From contig CAVTRY010000023.1 of the NCBI GenBank assembly GCA_963737265.1, forward strand, positions 320,001 to 384,000: a stretch of 64,000 nucleotides of DNA, in the 5' to 3' direction. Positions 47,446 to 59,460 of the stretch are shown here, in pieces; positions within the stretch are counted from its first letter, which is position 1, and each line of letters opens with the position of its first letter. The DNA is from an uncultured delta proteobacterium (GTDB taxonomy: Bacteria; Myxococcota_A; Polyangia; Fen-1088). The position numbers and the translations under genes were made by a program. The notes beneath the pieces are model-generated. The model did no database searches. It was not told the DNA's origin and saw nothing but the letters and a program-made list of their open reading frames with translations.

Positions 47446-48213
47446 ATGAAGCTGCGCATCGGGGATAGTGCCCTCGCCTATGATTCGTACGGAAATGGCA
47501 AGCCTCTCGTGCTTCTGCACGCCTTTCCTCTCGACGGGCGCATGTGGCGGCAAACGGCCCAGGCCCTGTCCGGTCGGTGCCGCGTGATTGTCCCCGACAT
47601 GCGCGGCTTTGGTGAGTCGGATCTTGGTCAAGGCGGTCATTCCATCGCCGACATGGCCGACGACATCGCGGCCATGCTGAATTCGCTCAGCATCCCGCGT
47701 GCGACAGTGGGAGGACTGTCGATGGGCGGCTATGTGGCGCTGGCCTTCGCAGCGCGCTACCCGGCGCGCTTGGAACGCCTGATCCTCGCCGACACCCGCG
47801 CCGCTGCGGATTCAGACGCAGCTCGCATCGGCCGGGCCGAGGCGCTGGCGCTGGTGGAAAGCGCGGGGGTTGCTGCCTTCGTGGAACGTCAGCTCGGTGC
47901 CTTGCTTTCGCCCGCGGCGAGCGAGGCCATTCGCGGCGAGGCGCGCAGCCTCTGCAATCAGACACCGGAGGCCGTGTGTGCCGGAATTCGGGCTCTGCGC
48001 GACAGGCCCGATCGCCAAGCCGATCTTGCCGCCATCACCTGTCCGACTTTGGTAATCGTCGGGAAAGAGGATAGGATTTCTCCACCTGCGGAAATGGCCG
48101 GAATCGCATCGGCCATTCCCGGCGCATATTTGATAGAAATCGCCGGCGCGGGACACCTAAGCAACCTGGAGAGTCCGGCCGCCTTCGTCGCGGCCATCGA
48201 AAACTTCATCTAA
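47446..48213 (+). CDS. Alpha/beta hydrolase (PcaD-like)
   Basis: LLHAFP, DMRGFG, GLSMGG nucleophile elbow, G.ED, AGHLSNLE. Confidence 0.9.
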   Translation: MKLRIGDSALAYDSYGNGKPLVLLHAFPLDGRMWRQTAQALSGRCRVIVPDMRGFGESDLGQGGHSIADMADDIAAMLNSLSIPRATVGGLSMGGYVALAFAARYPARLERLILADTRAAADSDAARIGRAEALALVESAGVAAFVERQLGALLSPAASEAIRGEARSLCNQTPEAVCAGIRALRDRPDRQADLAAITCPTLVIVGKEDRISPPAEMAGIASAIPGAYLIEIAGAGHLSNLESPAAFVAAIENFI

Positions 48214-48226
48214 CAGGCAGGAAATC

Positions 48227-48964
48227 ATGTCGCGTACCCCAGTCCTCGGCTCTTTGGCTACCTTCCTCGTGCTCGTGCAGGCGGCCTGCACCTCCAGTCC
48301 CTCCTCGGCGGCGGTGGCGACCGTGGTCACCGACACCCTGGGCAAGAAATTCTCGGTGTCGTGCTCGACTTCCTATTGTTCCCTGACATCCCAGGATCCC
48401 AACATCACCCCGTTGTCATGCGAGTACGCCTACGGATCCGATGCCTTTATCCTGGTTCCTGGAAGCATCCTGACCGTCATGGCATTGCAGATTACGCAAT
48501 CGGGGGACATCCCCCTCAACAACGCGGATCCCGCGCACCCAGTGGCGTGCTCGACCGACGCTGCCTGTTTGTCGCCTGGCTACACCGTGACTGTTGGTAG
48601 TGCCACCATGCCCTACTCCTGCCTGGATGGGATCTGCCAACTGCCTGGCCAAGCGCTGCTGACCAGCGACGTGATTGCCCTTTGCCAATATGACATCGAC
48701 TGGCCAAAATCATGCCCGTACATCACTAATCCAAAATTCGCCGCCCGCCTGGAAGAGGTGTCGGCAAGCTGCGGTTCAAACACCAACTGCGCGACGGTTC
48801 CCGCGGATTGTCTCCAGCCTAACGCCCCACTGGATGGAGGAACGCTGGATGCCGGTGGTGGGGCTCCCGAAGCGGGCGGAAGTGCCCTCGACGCTGGCGC
48901 GACTTCCCTCGACGCGGGCGGGGCAATTCTCGACGCCGGTGGGACTTCCGTCCACGCGCTGTAG
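48227..48964 (+). CDS. Cys-rich putative lipoprotein with LDAG-repeat tail
   Basis: Signal peptide ending QAAC, many Cys, repeated LD[AG]G at the C-terminus. Confidence 0.7.
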   Translation: MSRTPVLGSLATFLVLVQAACTSSPSSAAVATVVTDTLGKKFSVSCSTSYCSLTSQDPNITPLSCEYAYGSDAFILVPGSILTVMALQITQSGDIPLNNADPAHPVACSTDAACLSPGYTVTVGSATMPYSCLDGICQLPGQALLTSDVIALCQYDIDWPKSCPYITNPKFAARLEEVSASCGSNTNCATVPADCLQPNAPLDGGTLDAGGGAPEAGGSALDAGATSLDAGGAILDAGGTSVHAL

Positions 48965-49025
48965 GATCGAATAATCGGGGTATCACGCCTGGACAGTAAG
49001 GTATGGGGGGTTACACTTGTAGACA

Positions 49026-49997
49026 ATGTTGTTCCCGCCGGTAGCGAGGGGCTGGTTCGGGCCTGGTTTCACCGAGAACGAGCTCGCGCCGGGGCGAGGA
49101 CGCATCCAAGTGCGCCGGTTTGCGGGTCCCGAGGCGTATGTGCGGAAAATGAACCCCGTCCGCCTGGCGCACCTGACCGATCTTCACGTCGGCCGGGTGA
49201 CGCCTTTCGCGATCCAACGCAAGGCGATCGCCCTTGTCAACGCAGAGCAGCCAGACTTGGTGGTGATCACGGGTGACTTCGTGTGCCACAGCCAACTCTA
49301 TCTCGACCAGCTAACCCAATTGATGAGCGGATTTTGCGCGCCGGTGATCGCGGTGCTGGGCAATCACGATCATTGGGCTGGCGCCGACGAGGTTGGCCTG
49401 GCCTTGCAGCGGGCCGGCGTCGAGGTGCTGCGCAACCAGAACACCACGATCACCGTCGCCGGCCAAGCTATTCAAATCGTCGGTCTCGACGATGCCTACA
49501 CCGGCCACGCCCGCCGCGACCAAGCGGTGGCAGGGCTGCGCCACGATCTCCCGACGCTGGCGCTGTCTCACATCGCCGAGGAGGCCGATTTGCTCTGGCC
49601 ACACGGGATACCGCTCGTGTTGTCGGGTCACACCCACGGCGGACAAATCACGCTAGCGCGTCTGAACGAAATCACGCTGGGCAAGATTGGCGGGCACAAG
49701 TATTTGCACGGTCTTTACGGATCGAGGCAGGCCAACGACAACGCGGGCGCGGTCTACGTCGGCGCGGGTATCGGCGCGGCGGTGATGCCGCTGCGCTTCG
49801 GCGAGCGGGGAAAACGCGAGGTCACGATTTTCGAGCTCGGCGTTTCACCGGGCCGCTTCGACGAGCCCCACGAGGAACAGCGCCCAATGTCGGGACGCGC
49901 GGTCTCTTCCGCTAAACTCAAGCGCCGCATCGCCAAGGTAGCGCGCAACCGCCAGCGGCGCGCGGTTCGGAAGACCATGCAAATGCCGACGGTCTGA
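49026..49997 (+). CDS. Calcineurin-like metallophosphoesterase
   Basis: DLH, TGD, GNHD, SGHTHGGQ. Confidence 0.9.
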   Translation: MLFPPVARGWFGPGFTENELAPGRGRIQVRRFAGPEAYVRKMNPVRLAHLTDLHVGRVTPFAIQRKAIALVNAEQPDLVVITGDFVCHSQLYLDQLTQLMSGFCAPVIAVLGNHDHWAGADEVGLALQRAGVEVLRNQNTTITVAGQAIQIVGLDDAYTGHARRDQAVAGLRHDLPTLALSHIAEEADLLWPHGIPLVLSGHTHGGQITLARLNEITLGKIGGHKYLHGLYGSRQANDNAGAVYVGAGIGAAVMPLRFGERGKREVTIFELGVSPGRFDEPHEEQRPMSGRAVSSAKLKRRIAKVARNRQRRAVRKTMQMPTV

Positions 49998-50013
49998 CAA
50001 CCGAGCCGTCGAC

Positions 50014-50976
50014 CTAGTCGGTTTCCAGGAAGGACGTTACTTCGCTCGCCACGCGCTGAACCGCCGCGATATCCGTCTTTGGCAAAGAAATCGCGCCGAC
50101 CGCGGGATGACCGCCGCCGCCGTATTTCTCGCATAGCTTGGCGATGTCGTGGGTGCGGGGGACGCTCGGCCAGGGGTTCGAGCCGACCGAGATCTTGTAG
50201 CGCTCCCCGGTCGCCAGCAGGGTCACCGAATAGCGCGCCTCGGGATGCAGATAGTAGACGATGAACTTGTTGAGGGTGGAGACGCCGTCGGGAATGAGGT
50301 TGGTCGTTACGACGCCTTTTCCCAAATAGGACAAGCGGCGCATGGTCTCGATGTTCTTTTGGTGGCGTTCCAGCAACGGCTTGAGCGCATCGGCCACGTA
50401 GCCGTCGGCGGCGATCGCGGCGAGCGGACGCGCGACCAGATCCTCGATAAAGCGTTCGGCCAGTTTGCGCTCGCGGTTGTTCTCGACCCAGGTCATGAGC
50501 TGCAGCGCCGGCTCGCGTAACTCGACCGCCATGGCGGCTGACGGAAAGAGCGCGCCGTCGATAATCTCGGCCCAATGGAGCAGCTCGGCGAAGCGGGCGA
50601 TATCGAAACCAAATCGCGTGGACAGGACCGTGGCGAGGAACTTGGTGCAGCTCTTTGCCGTTGGGTCGTAGAATTTCTGCCCGCTGTCGTCGGCGCGAAA
50701 GTGCGCTTCATCGCCAGGAAGCTGAAAGGCCGAGGCGTGGTGATCGAACCACCAGTGGAGACGCGAATCTTGACTGTATCGAAAATCCACGCACGCGTTC
50801 ACGTCGCCATCGAGCAGGTTGCCGGCGATGGGTTGGGCATCACCCTTGTGCTGCATTGGCGTGTACGCGACCTCGGCGCTGCCGGCGGCCAAACGCTCGC
50901 GAAAGAAGCGCGCAAACAAGCCCGCCGACGCCGCCCCGTCGAAGCAATTACCGTGAAAAAGTACGCGGAGTTTCAT
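50014..50976 (-). CDS. DHH/DHHA1 phosphoesterase (nanoRNase-like)
   Basis: HGNCFDG, WFDHH, GGGGH. Confidence 0.85.
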   Translation of the reverse strand: MKLRVLFHGNCFDGAASAGLFARFFRERLAAGSAEVAYTPMQHKGDAQPIAGNLLDGDVNACVDFRYSQDSRLHWWFDHHASAFQLPGDEAHFRADDSGQKFYDPTAKSCTKFLATVLSTRFGFDIARFAELLHWAEIIDGALFPSAAMAVELREPALQLMTWVENNRERKLAERFIEDLVARPLAAIAADGYVADALKPLLERHQKNIETMRRLSYLGKGVVTTNLIPDGVSTLNKFIVYYLHPEARYSVTLLATGERYKISVGSNPWPSVPRTHDIAKLCEKYGGGGHPAVGAISLPKTDIAAVQRVASEVTSFLETD

Positions 50977-51051
50977 GGCGCGAGACTGGTCACGATCCAT
51001 ATCAGGATACCGAACGATCCGGCGATAAGTCTCCCATGTCCTTATGACCGG

Positions 51052-53424
51052 CTAAGCCTGCGCGGAGACCTCGGGCGACTTGGTGGTGCCCGGCTCCGCT
51101 ACTTCCATGGGCACGGATTCCAGCGTTTGTTCCAAGACCTCTTGAATGCGCTTCACGAACGACAGCTCGAGATCCTTGCGAACGCTCTCGGGGATGTCGA
51201 CCAGATCCTTGCGGTTGCGGTCGGGCAGGATGACCCGCCTGATTCCGGCACGGTGGGCGGCCAGCACCTTTTCCTTGATGCCACCCACGGGAAGAACGCT
51301 GCCCCGCAAGGTGATCTCTCCGGTCATGGCCACGTCGCCACGCACGCGCCGGCCGGTGAACAGCGACGCAAGCGCCACCACCATCGCCACGCCCGCCGAC
51401 GGCCCATCCTTGGAAACCGCGCCCGCGGGAACGTGCAGGTGAATGTCGACCTTTTCGAAGTCGGGCGAGATGCCGAGCTCATCGACGTGCGTGCGCACCC
51501 ACGACAGCGCGGCACGCGCGGACTCCTTCATCACGTCGCCTAAATGCCCGGTCAAGATCAGGATTCCCTTGCCGACCATCTGCGACGCTTCGATGAAAAG
51601 GATATCGCCCCCGGACGGCATCCAGGCGAGCCCGGTGGCCACGCCCGGAACCTCGGTGCGTTCGGCGATTTCCGAGAAGAATTTCTGCGGCCCGAGCAGG
51701 TCGGCGATCTTGGCCGGGGTCAGCTTGGGCTCGTAATCCTCACTCTCGGCGACCTTGACGGCGATGCCGCGAATGACGTTGGCCACCTCGCGTTCCAAGT
51801 TGCGCACGCCCGCCTCGCGCGTGTACTGCTCGATGATGGTGGTGAGGGTTTCATCATCGAAGATAATCTGCGTGTCGCTAAGCCCGTGCTCTGACACCTG
51901 CTTGGGCGTCAGATGGCGCTTGGCGATCTCGAGCTTCTCCTCGCGGGTGTAGCCGGGGATTTCCAAGACCTCCATACGATCGAGCAGTGCCGGGGGAATG
52001 GTGTCGAGCGTGTTCGCGGTAGCAATGAAAATGACATTCGACAGGTCGAAGTTGACCTCGAGGTAGTGATCCGAGAACGAGTGGTTCTGCTCGGGGTCCA
52101 GGACTTCGAGCAAGGCGGCCGCGGGATCGCCGCGGAAGTCGGAGCCGAGCTTGTCGATCTCGTCGAGCATGAAGACGGGATTCTTGGTCGCCACGCGACG
52201 CATGCCCTGAATCACCCTACCCGGCAGCGCGCCGATGTAGGTGCGGCGGTGCCCGCGGATCTCCGCCTCGTCGCGCACGCCGCCCAAGGACACCCGAATG
52301 AACTCACGCGACAGCGAACGTGCGATGGACTTGCCAAGCGATGTCTTGCCCACGCCGGGCGGCCCCACCAAGCATAGAATCGGTCCCTTCTTGGCCGGCG
52401 CCAGCTTGCGGACCGCCAGGTATTCGAGCATGCGCTTCTTGACCTTCTGCAGGTCGTAGTGATCGGCATCGAGCACGTTGCGCGCCTGTTCGAGGTCGAG
52501 CGTGTCCGTGGTCTGCTTGGCCCACGGCAGCTCCACCAGCCATTCGAGGTACGTCCGCTGCACGGTGTATTCGGCCGACGACTGCGCCATCTGGCGCAGC
52601 CGTTCGAGCTGCTTGCGCGCAACCTTGGCCACGTCCTCGGGCATGCCGGTCGACTTGATCTTTTCCTCGAAGGAATCCAGATCGCCGCCGTCTTCGCCCT
52701 CGCCGAGCTCGTCCTGAATGGCCTTCAGCTTCTGCCGCAGCACCGCCTCGCGCTGGTGCTTGGAGAATTCCTCGCGCACCTGCGTGTCGATCTTCTGCTT
52801 GACCTTGATCAGCTCCACCTTGCGCTGGAGCAGCACGAGGAGTCGGCGCAGCCGCTCGGCCACGTCCACTTCGACCAAGAGCGACGCGCGCTCTTCGGCG
52901 GACAGATCCACCGTCGCCGCAGTAATGTCGCCGAGGCGGGCCGGATCCTTGTTTTGGTCGAGAATTTGCGCGGCCTCGTCGGGAATGTCGGGTGAAATGG
53001 CGATGAGCTGCTTGGCCACGTCGTAGACGGCCATGCCGAGTCCGTCGATCTCGATGGGATCCTTGCGGATCTCAACCAGCGGCTCGTAGGACGCCACCAG
53101 GAAGGGCTTTTCCTGCACGAAGCCGGTCACGCGCCGCCGCTCGATCCCGCGCAGCACCGCGGTCACGCGGTTTTCCGCCGCCTTGACGATGCGAACGACC
53201 TCTCCCTCGACGCAAATGCCGTAAAGGTCGCTCCCCGCCGGCTCTTCGACGTCAGCATCCTTCTGCGTGCCCACCAAAAGATGCACTCCCTTGCCAGGCA
53301 GGCTTTCGATAAGCCGCAGCGACGACAACCGCCCGATTTCGACGGGCATCACCGCGCCGGGGAACAGAACGAGGTTCCGCAGCGACAGAAGTGGTAGGGA
53401 CTTGGTTGCTTCAGCGGGTGTCAT
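51052..53424 (-). CDS. lon: ATP-dependent protease La
   Basis: GPPGVGKTS, RGHRRTYIG, KDGPSAG, GGIKEK. Confidence 0.97.
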   Translation of the reverse strand: MTPAEATKSLPLLSLRNLVLFPGAVMPVEIGRLSSLRLIESLPGKGVHLLVGTQKDADVEEPAGSDLYGICVEGEVVRIVKAAENRVTAVLRGIERRRVTGFVQEKPFLVASYEPLVEIRKDPIEIDGLGMAVYDVAKQLIAISPDIPDEAAQILDQNKDPARLGDITAATVDLSAEERASLLVEVDVAERLRRLLVLLQRKVELIKVKQKIDTQVREEFSKHQREAVLRQKLKAIQDELGEGEDGGDLDSFEEKIKSTGMPEDVAKVARKQLERLRQMAQSSAEYTVQRTYLEWLVELPWAKQTTDTLDLEQARNVLDADHYDLQKVKKRMLEYLAVRKLAPAKKGPILCLVGPPGVGKTSLGKSIARSLSREFIRVSLGGVRDEAEIRGHRRTYIGALPGRVIQGMRRVATKNPVFMLDEIDKLGSDFRGDPAAALLEVLDPEQNHSFSDHYLEVNFDLSNVIFIATANTLDTIPPALLDRMEVLEIPGYTREEKLEIAKRHLTPKQVSEHGLSDTQIIFDDETLTTIIEQYTREAGVRNLEREVANVIRGIAVKVAESEDYEPKLTPAKIADLLGPQKFFSEIAERTEVPGVATGLAWMPSGGDILFIEASQMVGKGILILTGHLGDVMKESARAALSWVRTHVDELGISPDFEKVDIHLHVPAGAVSKDGPSAGVAMVVALASLFTGRRVRGDVAMTGEITLRGSVLPVGGIKEKVLAAHRAGIRRVILPDRNRKDLVDIPESVRKDLELSFVKRIQEVLEQTLESVPMEVAEPGTTKSPEVSAQA

Positions 53425-53527
53425 GTGTCTCTCCCAAAGTTAGGCGGGGCGGCGCTTGGCCGCAAGCCCGTCGCGCCGGAAAAAAATCGGCGCTCGTTCG
53501 CGCGTGGTAGGTGTGGTTTTGCGCACA

Positions 53528-54451
53528 TCAAAAGCTCCGTACTTTCACGGGCTTGGCACGCCGCTCCAGCTCTTCGACCAAGCGACGTGCTTCGCCGTCC
53601 TTGGGGTCGAGTTTCGGAATTACGATTTCGATGCGGCAAAACTCGTCGCCGCGGCTGCCGTCGGGGCGCTTGATTCCCTTGCCGCGCAAACGGAGCCTCG
53701 CACCGCTCGAGGTTCCGGCCGGCACCGTGAGCCGAACTTGACCGTCGACGGTGGGGACGTCCACCTGGGTGCCGAGGCACGCTTCGCCCAGGGACAAGGG
53801 CAGCGTCAGATCAATGTCGTGATCGCGACGCTGCAGGTGCGGATCCGGCGCGACTTTCACCTTGAGGTACAGGTCGCCCGGCCGCCCGTTCCTCGGGGCC
53901 GCCCCGCCCTGCCCGGACACCCGCAAGCGCGCGCCAGTCTCGACGCCAGCGGGGACATTGACGTCCACACTTTGCCCCGATCCCGTGCGCACGCTGCGCC
54001 GCGTGCCAAGGGCGGCTTCGCGAAAGCCGACCTCCAGCGTTCCCTCCATATCGCTGCCCCGGCCGCGCGCCCTGCCATGGCCCGTGGGACCGGCACCTCC
54101 GAACAGGGTGGCAAAGAGATCCCCGAGATCGCCAAATTCCACCGTGGAACCGCCGCCACCGCCACCACGAGAACCACCGCCGAAGATTTGCGAAAACGTA
54201 TCCGCGTCGAAGTCCTGCGGCATTCCGTCGGCTCCAACCGGAGCCTGGCGAAGCCGGTCGTACTCGTGTCGCTTCTTGATGTCCGACAGGACCTCGTAGG
54301 CATCGCCCACTTCCTTGAACCGCTCAGTCTTCTTCTTGTCGCCGCCGGTTGCGTCGGGATGGTTCTGCTTGGCGAGCTTGCGGTACGCCTTTTTGATGGT
54401 GTCCGCGTCAGCGTTTTCAGGAACACCGAGTATGGCGTAGAGGTCTTTCAT
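53528..54451 (-). CDS. Class II J-domain chaperone (CbpA/DnaJ-like, no zinc finger)
   Basis: N-terminal J domain with HPD, G/F region, DnaJ C domain. Confidence 0.92.
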   Translation of the reverse strand: MKDLYAILGVPENADADTIKKAYRKLAKQNHPDATGGDKKKTERFKEVGDAYEVLSDIKKRHEYDRLRQAPVGADGMPQDFDADTFSQIFGGGSRGGGGGGSTVEFGDLGDLFATLFGGAGPTGHGRARGRGSDMEGTLEVGFREAALGTRRSVRTGSGQSVDVNVPAGVETGARLRVSGQGGAAPRNGRPGDLYLKVKVAPDPHLQRRDHDIDLTLPLSLGEACLGTQVDVPTVDGQVRLTVPAGTSSGARLRLRGKGIKRPDGSRGDEFCRIEIVIPKLDPKDGEARRLVEELERRAKPVKVRSF

Positions 54452-54452
54452 G

Positions 54453-57047
<2,595 letters not shown>

Positions 57048-57122
57048 GATCTCCGCGCAGGGAGGTAAGCACGGGCCGCGGTCGGACAAGGAATCACCGG
57101 CCGGCTTGCGTGGAGGATCTCC

Positions 57123-57917
57123 CTACTTGCCCTTGTGCCGCGCCTTCACTTTCTTGTGCGGCACCTTCTTGGGCAGGGTGAACAGCGTCGCCGGTACCGG
57201 CTCGTCGAAGACGATTTCCACGATATGGCCTTCCATGGTCACCGGACCCACCGTGACGTCTTCCTGGTACCAAACCTTCACACCATCGACGGCGCGCCAA
57301 TCGGAGAACCTCGTGACGTAGGGAACCTCGCCGCCCTGGGACGCTTGCACGCCTTTTTCCAAGACGCGCAGATGGGTCTTGCCGTCAAAGCACAGCGTCG
57401 ATGAATGGCCCTTGTTCTTGACAAGGTCGACGCATTCCCAAACCTCGCCGTCAGGCGCAGCCACGGGCGGCGGCACCGAGGCGACCTTGGCGTAAATCTC
57501 GCCGAGTCGCCATTCCGAGTTCCAAACCGCGGCGATCCGCATGTCCTCGGCCTCGGCGTCCTTGAGCACGCGCAATCCGCCAATGGGATCCTCGGACCAC
57601 GCCACGCGCCCGTCGCAGCCGCGCCGAAACCTGCCCATGCCCGGCATTTCCGAAGTGCTAAATATCTTGCCCCCGCGCGCAATATTCGTCTCTTCTGTGC
57701 TCGTGAAGTGCATCGCCCTGACCGAGACCTCCCGCTTCACGCGCAAGCTTCGGTGCTTCTTCCAGGCGCTCTCGTCGCCGATCGCCCTGGCATAATCGGC
57801 TAGGACGAGCTTGGCATCGCGCAGAGGCGCAGGCGGGGCTGCAACGACCGGGGGCGCGACCAAGCCGGCGTCGATGGAAACGAGAAACGCGAGGAAGGCA
57901 ATCATGACGCCGCCCAT
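57123..57917 (-). CDS. Exported hypothetical beta-rich protein
   Basis: Hydrophobic N-terminus, Y..AIG, FSDWRAVDGVK. Confidence 0.65.
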   Translation of the reverse strand: MGGVMIAFLAFLVSIDAGLVAPPVVAAPPAPLRDAKLVLADYARAIGDESAWKKHRSLRVKREVSVRAMHFTSTEETNIARGGKIFSTSEMPGMGRFRRGCDGRVAWSEDPIGGLRVLKDAEAEDMRIAAVWNSEWRLGEIYAKVASVPPPVAAPDGEVWECVDLVKNKGHSSTLCFDGKTHLRVLEKGVQASQGGEVPYVTRFSDWRAVDGVKVWYQEDVTVGPVTMEGHIVEIVFDEPVPATLFTLPKKVPHKKVKARHKGK

Positions 57918-57970
57918 GCTTGGGCCAGAAGCGCGACGGCGTCAAGCGGGACGAAGACCGCTCTCGCCCG

Positions 57971-59413
57971 CTACTTCGCAGACCGAGCATCGACCAGGGC
58001 CGCGTCGAGAACAGGATCGTGGCCGGCAAGTAGAGCGGCTCGGGTTTCGAGCACGCGATGGTCGGGCTGCACGCCGCGACCTTCGATGGCGACGCCCTTG
58101 GGCGTCTTGAACCCGGCCACCGGAATCTGCATCACCGCGCCGCCGGGAAGCTCTTCAATGGTCGAGCCCAAGGCGGCGCCCACCGTGTTCTCTCCGACGA
58201 CGGTGGCGCGCTTCGCTTCTTGCAAGCCCGCGGCCAGTATCTCCGACGTCGATGCGCTGCCTTCATCGGTGAGAATCACCACCTTGCCAGTGAACGGCTT
58301 CGCATCGAGCGACGGTGCCGCTACCAGACTGTTAGCGAAGTCGCGAAACTGAATCGTGCCAAGGTTGGTCTCGCGCGAAACCAGGCGGGCCGCAATGGGG
58401 ATGGCCATACCGCCAAAACCACCGGGATTGCCGCGCAAGTCGAGGATCACCGCCTGGGCGCCGCTGCGCCGAAAACCATCGATCGCCTTCTGCACTTCGC
58501 CGAGGACGGGTTGCAACAGGAAGAAATTGAAGGCGATGATGCCCACGCCGCCAACGTGCGAGACGCGCACCTCGGGCACGATGGGCGGCATGAGCAGGGC
58601 CTGCACCGCAGAGCGCGCTGGCGGATTGCGGGTCAGCATCACATCGTGCGTCTGGTCGTTCCCGTCAAGAAAATGCACACTCACCCTACTTCCGGCGCTG
58701 CCGGATAGAAGGTGCGCGGCCTGACGGCGCAGGCGAAAACGCTCTTCGACCGGCCGCAGTGGGCGCGACGACGGCGGCAGCGCAGTAAGCGAACGGCCGC
58801 CGATGTGCGTGACCAGGTAGCCTGGGCGCAGACCCGCCCGCGCCGCGGACGACTCAGGCCGTACCCAAGACACTGTCGGCTTGCCTTCGATAAGTCGAAT
58901 AACCAGGCCGGGATCGCCGACGCCCGTCCCGACGTCGATCACTTCGGCCGAACCGGGCGGCCGAGCCGGCTCTGGCTCGTCGGTCCGCGCCTCGGCCTCG
59001 TCGCCAGGGCCGTGCACCTCCAGATGAGACTGGCCAAGCCCGCCCAGCATGTCGTTGAGCAGGCGATAGAAGGTCGGCTCGTCGGGCGCGGCGAGCGCGA
59101 GGGGTTGGTATTTGGAGCGCGCGGCCTCCCAGTCCAGACCCGCCAGCGTCTTGTCGAAATCCTTGTCCCGGACAGCGGTCCAGGCCGCAGTGAAAATTGC
59201 CTGCCGGATTTGCAGCCGCACCCGACCGGGCCCCATGGCGGCCGGGGCCGGCCCACCGGCGGCTTGCAGCGGCGCGAAGGTCGGCGGTGTTGTCGATGAA
59301 GCGGCTTCCGGGGCGGCAGCGGCAACCGGCGCCCGCGGCGGCGGGGTCTGACCAGCGCAAGCCGGTGAAAGCGCAGCCACCAAGCCAAGCCAACGAAGCG
59401 AGGGAAACGTCAT
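57971..59413 (-). CDS. S41-family (CtpA-like) peptidase with PDZ domain, probable lipoprotein
   Basis: SSAARAGLRPG (PDZ), DLRGNPGG, SASTSE, IEGRGVQPD. Confidence 0.9.
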   Translation of the reverse strand: MTFPSLRWLGLVAALSPACAGQTPPPRAPVAAAAPEAASSTTPPTFAPLQAAGGPAPAAMGPGRVRLQIRQAIFTAAWTAVRDKDFDKTLAGLDWEAARSKYQPLALAAPDEPTFYRLLNDMLGGLGQSHLEVHGPGDEAEARTDEPEPARPPGSAEVIDVGTGVGDPGLVIRLIEGKPTVSWVRPESSAARAGLRPGYLVTHIGGRSLTALPPSSRPLRPVEERFRLRRQAAHLLSGSAGSRVSVHFLDGNDQTHDVMLTRNPPARSAVQALLMPPIVPEVRVSHVGGVGIIAFNFFLLQPVLGEVQKAIDGFRRSGAQAVILDLRGNPGGFGGMAIPIAARLVSRETNLGTIQFRDFANSLVAAPSLDAKPFTGKVVILTDEGSASTSEILAAGLQEAKRATVVGENTVGAALGSTIEELPGGAVMQIPVAGFKTPKGVAIEGRGVQPDHRVLETRAALLAGHDPVLDAALVDARSAK

Positions 59414-59460
59414 CGTGGCATGAGTTTACCAGGCTCTGCGGATCCGGATAGTTCGATGCT

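Noticed and set aside
44458-47640. Long N-terminal extensions of ScpA and XerD in the ORF track (also PilN and the HEAT protein)
   Set aside because: They overlap neighbouring genes; internal starts with stop/start overlaps or family-typical N-termini fit better
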